DNA of 46,150 nucleotides from a virus. Lineage: Duplodnaviria; Caudoviricetes. The stretch spans positions 1 to 46,150 of IMG/VR virus record IMGVR_UViG_3300046063_000004; one strand, given 5' to 3'. Positions within the stretch are counted from its first letter, which is position 1, and every line of letters starts with the position of its first letter. The position numbers were made by a program, and so were the translations under genes. Shown here in pieces: positions 17,762 to 28,187 of the stretch. A model generated the notes under the pieces. The model ran no database searches. It was not told the origin of the DNA and saw only the letters and a program-made list of their open reading frames with translations.

Positions 17762-18712
17762 ATGGTCAAGAAAGGCGACAGCACGATCGAGCTGGACTTC
17801 TCAAACACGTCACGCCGTGACACTCGCCTGCCCGAGGGCGAGTACATCTTCAAAGTCGAGGATGCCAAACAGCAAAAGGCCAAGACCTCGGGCAACCCCA
17901 TGATCGTGTTCACCCTGGTGGTCAACCACGGCTCGATGACCGGCTCGCAGGTGACCTATCGCCAGATGCTGCTAGAGCAAAACCTCTGGTCCTTTCGCAA
18001 CATGCTAGAGGCCATGGGCCACAAGATCCCGGAAGGAAAGATCAAGATCCGCCTGGAGACCCTGGTGGGCAAAGAGGTCGGCGCCCGTGTGGCCGACGGC
18101 GAGCCCTACAACAACCGGATCAAAAGCGAGGTCATCGACTTCTTGAAGCCCAATGCGGTGATCATCGACGCCCACCTGCGCAGCGACAAGTCCGGTGCTG
18201 GCGAGACCGAGATCTTCACCGAGGATACCGAGGCCGCCTACGACGACCTCGACGAGGACGAAGAAGAAGAAACCCCACAGGCGGCGACCGAGGACGAGGA
18301 GGACGACCTCGAGGAGCCAGACGAGGAGGAGGGCAACCAATCCTTACCGGGTGGATCCGAGGAGCTTGACGAGCCCAGCCAACACGACGCGGCCTTCCTC
18401 GAGGAGGAAGACGAGGAGGAAGCCGGCGAGCACCCCGAGGAGACCGATCCGACCAACGTCACGCGCCAGGAGTTCTACGCCCACCTCCAAAACATCGACC
18501 GCAGCGAAGTCTTGGCGTGGGCCAAGGAATACGACGTGCCCCGCGAGAAGGGCAAGAAGAAGCCCACCTACATCGCCGAGATCCTGGAGGTGACCCACCC
18601 CCAGCAGGTTGCAGATCAGGACAGCCAGCAGACTCCCGAGCCAGCCGGCGAGCCCCAGCAGGCCACGATCGAGCAAGAGCTGGATGACCTGGACCTGGAC
18701 GACATCGAGTAG
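17762..18712 (+). CDS. DUF669-like ssDNA-binding protein with long acidic tail
   Basis: LPEGEY.FKVED...KTSGNPMIVFTL...LVGKEV; D/E-rich tail ending DDLDLDDIE. Confidence 0.82.
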   Translation: MVKKGDSTIELDFSNTSRRDTRLPEGEYIFKVEDAKQQKAKTSGNPMIVFTLVVNHGSMTGSQVTYRQMLLEQNLWSFRNMLEAMGHKIPEGKIKIRLETLVGKEVGARVADGEPYNNRIKSEVIDFLKPNAVIIDAHLRSDKSGAGETEIFTEDTEAAYDDLDEDEEEETPQAATEDEEDDLEEPDEEEGNQSLPGGSEELDEPSQHDAAFLEEEDEEEAGEHPEETDPTNVTRQEFYAHLQNIDRSEVLAWAKEYDVPREKGKKKPTYIAEILEVTHPQQVADQDSQQTPEPAGEPQQATIEQELDDLDLDDIE

Positions 18713-18782
18713 CACGCCAACCCAGCGGGGGCTAGCCTGGTCCTTGCCCCCTTGTGTGTGGGCACACGATCGCATGTTCGAT

Positions 18783-18828
18783 AACGAGACCCCCGCCTTA
18801 GCCATCCCCGGCGGGGGTCTCGTTCTTT
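18783..18828 (+). terminator. intrinsic terminator
   Basis: 15-bp stem AACGAGACCCCCGCC/GGCGGGGGTCTCGTT followed by CTTT. Confidence 0.75.
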
Positions 18829-18837
18829 GGGGCAGCT

Positions 18838-19146
18838 ATGAACGAGTCGCAGTTGACCACCCACATCAAAAAGTCGCTGCTGCAGGCCAGACCCGACATG
18901 TGGATGATCAAGGTCCACGGCGGGCCCATGCAACAGCCCGGGGTGCCTGACTTGATCGGCGTGTGGCGGGGTCAGTTCATCGCCCTAGAGGTCAAACACC
19001 CCAACTCGCGGCATCCCGTCACACCGCGCCAGCAACACGCCATTGACCGGATCACCGCTGCCGGGGGGCTCACGGCGGTCGTATCGTCTGTCAGCGAGGC
19101 GGCCCGTATCGTGCTAGGGGATCAGGGGCAGATCACGCAAGGGTGA
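18838..19146 (+). CDS. VRR-NUC domain nuclease (Holliday junction resolvase-like)
   Basis: ESQL...KVHGG...GVPDLI...ALEVK...Q......I..AGG. Confidence 0.92.
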   Translation: MNESQLTTHIKKSLLQARPDMWMIKVHGGPMQQPGVPDLIGVWRGQFIALEVKHPNSRHPVTPRQQHAIDRITAAGGLTAVVSSVSEAARIVLGDQGQITQG

Positions 19147-22100
19147 GTCAGAGCCTTCTTGCTGGTACCTCTTGAGCTTTTCCTGATAGCCAAAGCGTCG
19201 ATTAGCCGCGCGCTCGAAGCGCTGCTGGCGACGCTTGGCGCGCTGGGCCACGTCCTCTTGGCCTGAGGTGATGCCGAATAGCTGGCGCCCGGCCTTCTCC
19301 AACAGCGAGGGCTCCTCGACGCCTTCGGCCAATACCGGCTGGTCGTTGCCATAGCGCGCCAACGTCTCACCCGACAGGCGGCGATAGGTTGATCGCCCAA
19401 GGCTGATCTGTGGCGAGAGGTCGACGATCTGATCACCCAGCGAGGGGGCTGTGGGGATGGGCCGCCCTTGCGGGTCAAGGCGCTCGTAGGGCCGCGAGTA
19501 GGGACGCTGGGTCAGTGGCCTGATCCCGGTCATGTTGCTCAGGCCCATCTGGACCAGCGGACTCATGAGGCTGGCTGAGCCACGCAAGGAGGGGCGGCCA
19601 CCAGAGACGAACGGGCGAGTCACATCCATGAAGGGGTTGGCCCCGCCAACCGAGATGAACGTCGGATCGCCATCCTCGCCGCCTTCGCCGATCTGAATGT
19701 CGCCTCGGCGATAATGGGGCAGCATCTCCTCTTGCTCGTTTGGCTCGCCCCATATCTCGATAAGCATGGCCTGTATGGCAAAGCGGTCGATGTTGCCCGG
19801 CTTGAGCTGCTTGGCGGTAAGCTGGGTGATGTGGCGCGTCCAGGCATAGAAGGGATAGCCACGCCTGATCGCCTGGCGCTCGACCGGGCTCATCGAGGTG
19901 TAATCGCCCAGGGTCTGCTTGGCCGCGCGAATGGCTTGCTGCGGGTTGGCGCCCTCCTCGAGCTGGGACAGATACACCGAGGCGCGATAGATATGATCAA
20001 AGAAGCTGTTGAGCCGAAACGCCCCCTCAACGACGCGCTTGGCCCGGCCACCAACCCTCGAGGTCGTTCCACTTACGAACCGACCCGGGCGCGTGCGCAT
20101 GGCCTCGTCGACCACCGGGATCGCAGACAGACGCTCACCGGTGGCCTGGCCGACGTTGTGGCCAAAAGTTCCCAGCTGGGAGATGTCTCGTTGGAACTCG
20201 CCCATGCTGGTCGAGGTGTCGAATATCTCGTCGCTGCGTGAACGACTCAGGCCGGGCACGTCGGTGGGCTCACCGCGACCCCAACGCATGCGAGCACGGG
20301 CTGCCATGGGCAGATAGCGATAGAGCTGCGATGGCGTGGCCCCGCCACCGAGGATGGGCAGGATGTTTTGCCCGATGTTGTTGAAGACCTGCCAGGCGGG
20401 GCGAAAGGCGAGCACGCCGGCCTTCCATATCCCCATGAGCGGGTCATAGACCGCGTTCATGGCCTTTTCGATGTTGCCTGTCTCGAAGGCGTCCTTGGCA
20501 ACCTTGGCCAAGCCCTCCTTGAGCCAGATATCCGAGCGTGGGGTCTGGCCCTTGCGCTGCAACAGCTCGGCGAACTTGGGGTCGTCAGCGCGAGCAAAGC
20601 CGATGTCGGCCATCTTCTGAGACAGCACGTGGGGCTGTGGCTTCGTCCGGGAGATGACGTTGCCAGCCTCGTCGTAAGTGGTCTTGCCTTCGGCCTCCTC
20701 CATGATCTCATCGACTTTGCCACGCGAGTAACCGGCTTCCTCCAGGGCCTGGCGCGGCGTGCGACCGAACTTCTGGTGGATGTAGCTCACCGCGTCGTCG
20801 CGTAGCTTGTCGGTGACGATGTCCATCTGCTCTTTGGGGATGATGATCGAGGGCTGGTCCTCAGCGTTGATGTTGCCACTAGAGTGGGCTCGGCGGAAAC
20901 GCCGCTGTGCCGTTGCAGCCAACGCCCCTGTAGGTCGGGCCATGAAGTCACCCGACTCGGCGGCCTTGGTACTGACATAGGAAACGTTGACGCCCGCGTC
21001 GGCCAGTTCCTCCAGGGTGGTGGGCAGCCCTGTGAGGTTTAGCTCATCGACCAGGTGATGGGGCACCTCCAGGTCCTCGCGCAGCATGCGATCCAGCTCG
21101 GGGGCCTCCTCGCGAGCAAAGCGCAACGCCTCACGGTAGTGGCGTGGTGCGGTCTCCAGGCGCTGGTTGACGTCGTCCTGGAAGTTCTTCATGCGCGTGC
21201 GGGCAGCCTGGAGCTTTTGTTGCTTCTTAGCCAGGTCCTCCAGGTGGGCGCGTGCCTGGCTTTGGGTCTGGGCCAGGTGCTGCTCAAAGTCGCGCGACTC
21301 GTCCTGATACCGCCGCGCCAGCGCTGATAGCTCGGCGATCTGGCGGTCGAAGTAGTCGCCGCCTTGGCTGCCCAGGGCTTGCCTGCCTCGACGCACCGAC
21401 GACTGACCGCGGTTGGCCGCCCACTGGTGACGCGGCGAGCCCTGGACCTGGGCATTGCCGGCCCGACTGGTTCGGTTACTGGCCCACGCCAGGGCCTGCT
21501 GGTACTCCGGGGTATCGGCCAGGCGGGGATTAGCCCGAGCGGCGCGGTGCAGCGCACGCAGCTCCGGTGAGACCCCCGACAGCCCCTCGCGGCCGATCAT
21601 AGCTAAGATCGGCGACACCTCGGGCATGAGCGACTGGACCTGCTCTAGCTCACCCACGGCCTCGTTGAACCGCGCCAAGGCTTGCTCGTCGGGGGCAAGC
21701 TCGTCGCTGTTGCGCGCGTAGTACAGCAGATCCGAGAGCTTGCCCTCAATCTGTGCGGCCAAGTCGCGCATGGGCTTGGGGCGCCCACCAATGCCTGACA
21801 GCACCAGCTCGTTCTCAAAGGCATTGAGCTGTTCATAGGCGCGCGCGTAGGTGTCCCATGCCTGCTGACCCTGGGCCGTTTCGGGATCGGCGTTCAAGGC
21901 CTCCTTCTCGCGCATGCGCATCTCGGCGTGTAGCTCGTTGTAGCGATCCAGCGCTTCGGCGCGGTGGGCAGCGAACTTGTCGCGCACGAGCTGGGTCTGG
22001 CGATTGACGTCGCGCTCGGCCTTGTCGATGACCCGTTGTTTGCGCCACAGCTTCTTCTGAGTACTCCTTTCTGGGCTGACCCGCTCAGTTGGGGGCTGCT

Positions 22101-24252
22101 CGTCGGGGCCCATCGCCTCATAGACGTCGTTGGTGGGCTCCTCTTTCTCCCAGCGCGCCTCGGCCTTGTCCAGGTCAGCGCGTGCCTTTTGCACCTGATC
22201 GGGCGTGGCGTTGGGGTCTTGCTCGAGTTTTTGCACCCGGCGGTGCTGATCGGCCAAGTACTGAGGCACTTCATCCACAGTGAGATTGGCTGCGCCTTGA
22301 TCACCACGCATGATCGCGTCGGGATCGCTGTTGAAGTCCAAGTCCCCGCTTTGGGTGTCGCGGACCACACGCTGAGTCGGTCGAGCCTGGGTCATGCGCA
22401 CTGCGCCCTGCTGCGTTGAGATGCGACCCTCTTGGATGAGCTGGGCCTCATGCTCGCGCTGCCAGCTTCGCCAGGTGCGCGCCGCCCGGTTGACCACGTC
22501 CTTTGTTGACTCGTCGAGCTGTGACCAGGCCACGCCGCCTTCTTGTGGCTGCATCATCTCCGATGCCATGTTCTGGCGCAGCATCGCGTCAATCTCATCG
22601 GGGCTCATGCCCTGGGCTTGCCCGGCTTCCTTAGCCAGGCGCTGTGCCTCGTCCTGGGACTCGAGCAGGTCGTCCAGCTGAGCCTTGCGCGTGACGAGAC
22701 GCTGCAACGAGCCTTCGGGCAAGCCCTGGGCTCTCTCGGCCTGGGCCACCCGAGTCAGTGACCAGTCCAAGTCGCGCGTGCCGGGGATGTCGATGGGCTC
22801 TTCTCCGCGCTGAACCCGGCGCTGGTTGGCCTGCTCGATCTCGTCCATGACGCGGCCCATCTGGGCCGGGTCTTGCTCGAGCTGGGTTTGGGTGCTCTTC
22901 TTGGTATCCATCGAGCGCGTGGGCACATTCACGCCCTCATCGGCGAGCTGCGAATAGCGCTGTTGGATGCCACGGGCAATGCGCTGGGTGGCCTTGTTCA
23001 TGTCAAAGCGCGCGTTCAGGTTGGCCCGGTGCTTAGCCATGGCCTGTTTCGTGCGGCTCATGGTGCGCCGCACCCCACGCCCAGCTTGAGAGAAGCGCGA
23101 TTGGGCCAACTTGCGGCCCATGGGCGTGTTATCCATGAACCTGTTGAGCTGCTCGCGCGTGCGAAGCGCAGTCGGTGAGAACTCGTCTACTTCGGGTGCG
23201 TTGCGTGGCCGGCGCACCTGCCGCGTGAGATCGGCCAGGCTCTGGCTACGTGCCCCGGCGCGACGGGCCGACAGCAACGTGCCCGCCACCGCGCCACCCA
23301 CGCCACCGGTCAGTGTCATGTCAGCCAGTGAGCCGGCCGCGGCCGCGCCTGCACCACTTCCCGTTGGGCCGGTCCCCCCACCACGTGAGCCAAGCGGGCC
23401 TCGAGGTGTCGGCTCTCCCGTCTCGGGATCGGTGCCGGTATAGCGCCCACCCAAGCCGGGGATCTTGGTGCCCACGGCCTTGCGGGCAGCCGCAGAGTAG
23501 GGACGCCCGATGGTGCGGCTGCTCAAGCGGCTGGCCTTGGCCAGTGAGCCGGCCCGGCCGCCTTGTTGCTCGATCTCGCGCAGAACTTCTTGACGGGCAC
23601 GCCGCGGTGAGGTCGTGGGGGCCTTGCCCTGTTGCAAGTCGGCCTTGCGCTGAACGCGCGCGGCCTTTTTCGCCCCGGTGATGCCCCCCGTGCGCGCTGC
23701 GGCCCCGCCAGCACGAGCGCTGGCTCCAGCGGCTGCCTTGCCGAGCACGGCGCCGGCACCGCTGCTGACCAGCGAGACGTTGCCCAAGTGCTCGAGTGTG
23801 AAGCTAGCCGGGCGCTCATAGAAGTTGCGTAGTGTCTCTTCTTGGAACTCCTTTTGGGCCTGCATGGCCTCGCCAAGTCCCTCACCCTTGGCGATCTCTT
23901 TCCAGAAGTCGATCTGGCCACCAGAGGCCACATTGGCTGTCTTGGGTATCGACTCGGTGAGGATGGGCTCGGCGAGCTTGTTCCACGTGTCCAGTTGCCA
24001 GTCGGCGTCGCCGCCTTCGGCCTCCTCGAAGACGTTGGTATCGAGCTGGGCGATGTCGCCGCCCACGGCCGTGGCGACCTCTGTGGCCGCCCGGGGCAGC
24101 TTGGACAGCACCCCACTGGCATCGCTTGCCAGGTTGCCCAGAAAGCCAGACACACCCTCGCTGGGATCAGCCGGCTTGGAAGGATCAAGCTGGCGACGCT
24201 GACCCGTCGTGATGCCATTGCTGTCGCTACTGCTGTCAGTGATATGGGCCAT
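19114..24252 (-). CDS. large internal virion / DNA ejection protein
   Basis: 1712 aa, helical; last gene of the virion operon; C-terminal PFYAWTR...NPF..SPLVQ..TG pattern seen in podovirus ejection proteins. Confidence 0.7.
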   Translation of the reverse strand: MAHITDSSSDSNGITTGQRRQLDPSKPADPSEGVSGFLGNLASDASGVLSKLPRAATEVATAVGGDIAQLDTNVFEEAEGGDADWQLDTWNKLAEPILTESIPKTANVASGGQIDFWKEIAKGEGLGEAMQAQKEFQEETLRNFYERPASFTLEHLGNVSLVSSGAGAVLGKAAAGASARAGGAAARTGGITGAKKAARVQRKADLQQGKAPTTSPRRARQEVLREIEQQGGRAGSLAKASRLSSRTIGRPYSAAARKAVGTKIPGLGGRYTGTDPETGEPTPRGPLGSRGGGTGPTGSGAGAAAAGSLADMTLTGGVGGAVAGTLLSARRAGARSQSLADLTRQVRRPRNAPEVDEFSPTALRTREQLNRFMDNTPMGRKLAQSRFSQAGRGVRRTMSRTKQAMAKHRANLNARFDMNKATQRIARGIQQRYSQLADEGVNVPTRSMDTKKSTQTQLEQDPAQMGRVMDEIEQANQRRVQRGEEPIDIPGTRDLDWSLTRVAQAERAQGLPEGSLQRLVTRKAQLDDLLESQDEAQRLAKEAGQAQGMSPDEIDAMLRQNMASEMMQPQEGGVAWSQLDESTKDVVNRAARTWRSWQREHEAQLIQEGRISTQQGAVRMTQARPTQRVVRDTQSGDLDFNSDPDAIMRGDQGAANLTVDEVPQYLADQHRRVQKLEQDPNATPDQVQKARADLDKAEARWEKEEPTNDVYEAMGPDEQPPTERVSPERSTQKKLWRKQRVIDKAERDVNRQTQLVRDKFAAHRAEALDRYNELHAEMRMREKEALNADPETAQGQQAWDTYARAYEQLNAFENELVLSGIGGRPKPMRDLAAQIEGKLSDLLYYARNSDELAPDEQALARFNEAVGELEQVQSLMPEVSPILAMIGREGLSGVSPELRALHRAARANPRLADTPEYQQALAWASNRTSRAGNAQVQGSPRHQWAANRGQSSVRRGRQALGSQGGDYFDRQIAELSALARRYQDESRDFEQHLAQTQSQARAHLEDLAKKQQKLQAARTRMKNFQDDVNQRLETAPRHYREALRFAREEAPELDRMLREDLEVPHHLVDELNLTGLPTTLEELADAGVNVSYVSTKAAESGDFMARPTGALAATAQRRFRRAHSSGNINAEDQPSIIIPKEQMDIVTDKLRDDAVSYIHQKFGRTPRQALEEAGYSRGKVDEIMEEAEGKTTYDEAGNVISRTKPQPHVLSQKMADIGFARADDPKFAELLQRKGQTPRSDIWLKEGLAKVAKDAFETGNIEKAMNAVYDPLMGIWKAGVLAFRPAWQVFNNIGQNILPILGGGATPSQLYRYLPMAARARMRWGRGEPTDVPGLSRSRSDEIFDTSTSMGEFQRDISQLGTFGHNVGQATGERLSAIPVVDEAMRTRPGRFVSGTTSRVGGRAKRVVEGAFRLNSFFDHIYRASVYLSQLEEGANPQQAIRAAKQTLGDYTSMSPVERQAIRRGYPFYAWTRHITQLTAKQLKPGNIDRFAIQAMLIEIWGEPNEQEEMLPHYRRGDIQIGEGGEDGDPTFISVGGANPFMDVTRPFVSGGRPSLRGSASLMSPLVQMGLSNMTGIRPLTQRPYSRPYERLDPQGRPIPTAPSLGDQIVDLSPQISLGRSTYRRLSGETLARYGNDQPVLAEGVEEPSLLEKAGRQLFGITSGQEDVAQRAKRRQQRFERAANRRFGYQEKLKRYQQEGSDSPLRDLPLIP

Positions 24253-24262
24253 CGCCGCGCTC

Positions 24263-25771
24263 CTACTCGGTGTAGACCCCAGTTAGCAAACGCATCGCCC
24301 GACGTGCCTTGGCCGGATCGAGACGATAGATCCGAGCGGGACTGTCCAAACCCAGCTCCTTGGCCAGACCCATGCGCGGATCGTCCTCGGTGCCAACGGC
24401 CCCTCGCTCGTCAGGGGCCTGGAGCTGACTCATCAAGTTTTGGATGACGCCGGCATGCGAGGCATCCGGTTCTTGGAGGCGCTTGTTGGCCAAGCCTGCA
24501 AGCTGCTCATAAATCTGCTGGGTGCTTGGCTGATCGCCAAACTGCTGGTTGAGATACATGTCCAGGGCCTCTTGGGGGTTTTCCTGCTGTGTGGGATCGG
24601 TCATCTCTTGTTGCAGCTTGCGGGTCTTTAGGCGCTCCCGCAGGTCCATGCCAGCCATGGGGTCTTGCTGGGCTTGCTCAGCCTCGGCCATCTCCTTTTC
24701 GTGCTTCTCCTTTGCCATCTCCAAGCGCTGCATCTTCATCATGCGATCGAACACGTCGCCACTGGCATCGTTTGATGCCTGCAGCATGGCGCGCTGCTTC
24801 TCGCCCTCGAGCTGGGCGGCCTTGAGCTGCAAGTCCTGCAACTGCTGATTGAGCGCGGTTGAGACTTGGGCCTGTTGCTGGGCGGCCTCAGACGGCGCGG
24901 CTGCAGCCAACTGGCCCAGATAGCTCTCCCCGGCTGCCTGACTCTGAGCGAGGTTGCCCTTGACTGAGGCCTCTCCCGAAGCTAGTGCGGCATCGAAGGG
25001 CCCGGCTGCCTGAGCGACCCGCTCGGCCACGCCCTCACCGGCGCCGGCACCCCCGGCTTGCTTTGCCAGCTCGGCGTACTTCTCGGGCGTGTCAGCGACT
25101 TGCTCGCGCGCCTCGCTGTAGGCCTCCTCGGCTGTTGCTTGAGCCCCTGCGTATGCCTGCTGAATGGGCACACGACCGGCCTTGGCCTGATCAGCGGCAT
25201 AACCGTAGAAGTCGCCGATGTTGCCCTGAGTTCGCTGAGCAGCCTCCTTCATGATGGGCTTTTGGCCTAGGATCGCCTCCTTTTGCTTGTCGTAGGAGGC
25301 GCCAATCTGGCTCTTGATCTGCTCTTGCTGGGCCTGTTGCTCGGCCAACATGGATTGGAGCATGTCCATCATCGTGGGGTCTTGCTCGCCCACCGCCGAG
25401 GGATCGCCTTCGATGCCGTAGTTGGGCTGAGTCGGCGGAGCGCCATAGCCCGTGGTGGAGGTTGTGGGCTCAGACAGGCCATAGTTGGACCGAGTGGGTG
25501 GGGCCTGACGGGTGTTGGCCGGCTGACCACCTCCAGCGTCCACACCACCCGAAGGGCTGGGAAACGTTGGCACCCCGGCGGTTCCTGAGGGCTGGGCCGG
25601 CAGGGGCTTTCCGGCATAGGGGTACCCACCGCCCTGCGGGGCGTTGGGTTGGGCGCTCAAACGAGCCCGTCGCCCGGCCTCGTCCTCGACGAGAAAGCCG
25701 CCCCTGGCCCTCATCTGCTCTGCGCTAGGGACCAGGTTCTTTTTGACCTCGCGGTTGGGATTGCGAGCCAT
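24263..25771 (-). CDS. internal virion / ejection protein
   Basis: Q/A-rich coiled coil, AAGGGG RBS, position after the nozzle. Confidence 0.65.
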   Translation of the reverse strand: MARNPNREVKKNLVPSAEQMRARGGFLVEDEAGRRARLSAQPNAPQGGGYPYAGKPLPAQPSGTAGVPTFPSPSGGVDAGGGQPANTRQAPPTRSNYGLSEPTTSTTGYGAPPTQPNYGIEGDPSAVGEQDPTMMDMLQSMLAEQQAQQEQIKSQIGASYDKQKEAILGQKPIMKEAAQRTQGNIGDFYGYAADQAKAGRVPIQQAYAGAQATAEEAYSEAREQVADTPEKYAELAKQAGGAGAGEGVAERVAQAAGPFDAALASGEASVKGNLAQSQAAGESYLGQLAAAAPSEAAQQQAQVSTALNQQLQDLQLKAAQLEGEKQRAMLQASNDASGDVFDRMMKMQRLEMAKEKHEKEMAEAEQAQQDPMAGMDLRERLKTRKLQQEMTDPTQQENPQEALDMYLNQQFGDQPSTQQIYEQLAGLANKRLQEPDASHAGVIQNLMSQLQAPDERGAVGTEDDPRMGLAKELGLDSPARIYRLDPAKARRAMRLLTGVYTE

Positions 25772-25781
25772 TGAGTCCCCC

Positions 25782-26291
25782 TTAGAAGGGCAAGGCGTTG
25801 ACGGCACGCTTGGTCGCCCGCCCTGCGCCTCTGCGCACGTCCTCGGCGCCACTCATGACGCTCTCGGCGGTTTGCCTGGCGTCCTGGCGGCCCAGATCCG
25901 ACAGGCCCTGGGCCAGCTCGCGCTCGAACTGGCCGCGCTGGCGCGCTTGGTCCTGGGCCACCTGACCCAGCTTCTTGCCCATGAGCCCCGAGCCGGTCAG
26001 GCCCCGGTTGGCCAGTGATCCAGCCGTTCGCTCGAGTTGCTGACCAAAGCGACGCTCCATGTAGGGGCGCATGAGCTTTGCGTCTTGGATCATGCGCTCG
26101 CTTTGGAGCTGACGGTCAGCCCGACCGGTTGACAGGTTATACTGACGCCGACGCTGGTTGTAGGACAGCATCGGATCAAAGAAGGGGGCTTGGGGCCGGC
26201 CCGCTCCTTGCTGGCCGCCACTTCGGGTATTGCCGCCGCTACCTCCTTGGCGGCTTTTTTGCTCACGCTCCTGTTCGCCGACCTGTGGCAT
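25782..26291 (-). CDS. small internal virion / ejection protein
   Basis: LANRGLTGSG motif typical of small podovirus ejection proteins; gene position. Confidence 0.6.
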   Translation of the reverse strand: MPQVGEQEREQKSRQGGSGGNTRSGGQQGAGRPQAPFFDPMLSYNQRRRQYNLSTGRADRQLQSERMIQDAKLMRPYMERRFGQQLERTAGSLANRGLTGSGLMGKKLGQVAQDQARQRGQFERELAQGLSDLGRQDARQTAESVMSGAEDVRRGAGRATKRAVNALPF

Positions 26292-26299
26292 AACCGTTC

Positions 26300-26617
26300 C
26301 TAGCCGTAATAGGCGACGTTGATCTCGCCGCCGGTGGACTCCTCGATTAGCTTGATCGCTTCCAAGTCCCCACGATAGGTCATCTCCTCGTCTTGGATAA
26401 GGCGCATACCAGTTGTGATATCAGGGCTGACTCCATCGTCGCGGTATCGCACGGTGGTGTTGACCGCCTGGATGATGGCAAAGCGAGAGCCATCTGGCGG
26501 GCTCAAGCTCACCGGTGAGGCCACCGAGGTGAACTGCTCATAGCCCAGCGGGGTAAAGCTGTGGCCGTAGCGGTAGTAGTCCGACTCGGCGTTGATGATG
26601 GACTTTTCGGCAACCAT
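26300..26617 (-). CDS. small virion protein
   Basis: Beta-rich (VRYRDDG..P..TTGMRL); GGAG RBS before ATG 26617. Confidence 0.65.
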   Translation of the reverse strand: MVAEKSIINAESDYYRYGHSFTPLGYEQFTSVASPVSLSPPDGSRFAIIQAVNTTVRYRDDGVSPDITTGMRLIQDEEMTYRGDLEAIKLIEESTGGEINVAYYG

Positions 26618-26633
26618 AATCAGCTCCAAAACT

Positions 26634-28187
26634 TTATTGTCGACTCATTTTCTCGCCTTTGCGGGAAGTAATCAACTCTAGCCCCTCGATCAACACCTCA
26701 TCGTCGTCGGCCGTCGGGGTAATGGTCACAGTCAGCTCGATGGCCGCCCCGCGCACGTTGATAGGCACGACGAACCCATCGAAGACCTCTGTCGGGAGAT
26801 TGAAGGGTCCCCGAGAGGCCACCCCGGCGTTGTCGGTCTCAGCGTCCACGGTGATCGTCGGTGTGCCCGAGCCTGAGTGCCAGCCGTGGATCTTGACGCC
26901 AAGGAAGCGCTGCAGGCTCAACGGGCGGTCCTGATCGGACCAGCCCAGCACGAACGAGGCCTTTTCCCCCGGGCGGCGGGGAAAGGCCGTGGTGGCCTCG
27001 TGAATGTCGCCGTCGTCGGTGCCAATGAGCAAGCGCTGTGGGTGGTAGTAGTCATGGACCACCGCCACCGCCGGGCCCTCGTTGCCCCAGCCGGTAAAGG
27101 TCGTCCACTTCTGGGTGTCGATGTTGAGGATGTAGACCTGGCGCTGGTCGCTGGCCGGTGAGAACGACAGGATGTAGTAGTTGCGGTATCTGGCCGCGAT
27201 GGCGTACTGACCCAGGGCCTCGCGAACCTTGATATAGGCTTCAGGGTTGGTCGGGACTGTGTCGTACTCGAGTTGCCACGACTGGAAGAACTCATCGATG
27301 GGCTGGCTGATTTTTTGTGGGCGTGAGCCGCGAAAGACGTACACCCCCATGGCCCCGTCGCGCTCACCGCCAAGGAAGGCCATGCCCTGGCCGATGTCGC
27401 TGTAGTGGGCCGTCGTGCGCCCCTGGCTTCCGATCTGGTGAGGTAGGCGGCGCAGGTGGAAGGTATCCAGCGTGGTGCCCGACAGGACCCACATCGAGCC
27501 GGCACACATGATGCCTAAGTTGGTCTCCCACAGAAAGAAGCCAGTGACCTCGCCGGGGAAGGTGGAGGCGTCGCTGCCAATGGAGCCGCCTCCGACGTTG
27601 ATGAACTCCTCCTCGGTAAAGCTCTCTGGCTGATTGATCCCAGAGAAGTAGATCAACTGACTGTCGCGGGCCACCCAACGCCGCCCCAGATGCTGAAAGC
27701 TGGCCCAGCCATGGAAGCCATCGAGCTGTGAGGTCAGATCGGTCACGTCCCAGGTGTTGGCCCCGGTCGCCTCGATGCGCCAGGTGTGGCTGGTGTTTCC
27801 CACATAGACCCTGGGCGTGACGTTTGGCTCGGCGTAGCCAAACGAGGTGATCCACACGGTCTCATCGGAATACAGATCTGAGATGATCTCGTGCCAGGTG
27901 AAGTTGTCGGCCTCGCTGGGGTCGCGATCGCTGGCGTAGAGCTTGTTGCCCTGCTGGGCGAAAAAGCCGCCGATGACCGACCACACGATCTGTGAGATGT
28001 GGCCAACTCCGATGTTTGCCTCCACCCCGTCAGGGGCGGGGGGCATCCACAAGTGGTTGTTGTCATCGGGCAGCATGTTGATGATGTCTCTGGGGGTGTT
28101 GAGCGGGCGCCGGTCGGTGTGTAGTGGCCGGCGCCGGCCGGCCCATAGCCCTTCGAACTGCGAGACGAGCTGAACCTCGGCGGGCAT
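26634..28187 (-). CDS. tail nozzle / DNA stabilisation protein (P22 gp10 / T7 gp12-like)
   Basis: 517 aa, beta-propeller-like (IYFSGINQPESF, KISQPID, YILSF...VYILN...WT); follows the adaptors. Confidence 0.75.
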   Translation of the reverse strand: MPAEVQLVSQFEGLWAGRRRPLHTDRRPLNTPRDIINMLPDDNNHLWMPPAPDGVEANIGVGHISQIVWSVIGGFFAQQGNKLYASDRDPSEADNFTWHEIISDLYSDETVWITSFGYAEPNVTPRVYVGNTSHTWRIEATGANTWDVTDLTSQLDGFHGWASFQHLGRRWVARDSQLIYFSGINQPESFTEEEFINVGGGSIGSDASTFPGEVTGFFLWETNLGIMCAGSMWVLSGTTLDTFHLRRLPHQIGSQGRTTAHYSDIGQGMAFLGGERDGAMGVYVFRGSRPQKISQPIDEFFQSWQLEYDTVPTNPEAYIKVREALGQYAIAARYRNYYILSFSPASDQRQVYILNIDTQKWTTFTGWGNEGPAVAVVHDYYHPQRLLIGTDDGDIHEATTAFPRRPGEKASFVLGWSDQDRPLSLQRFLGVKIHGWHSGSGTPTITVDAETDNAGVASRGPFNLPTEVFDGFVVPINVRGAAIELTVTITPTADDDEVLIEGLELITSRKGEKMSRQ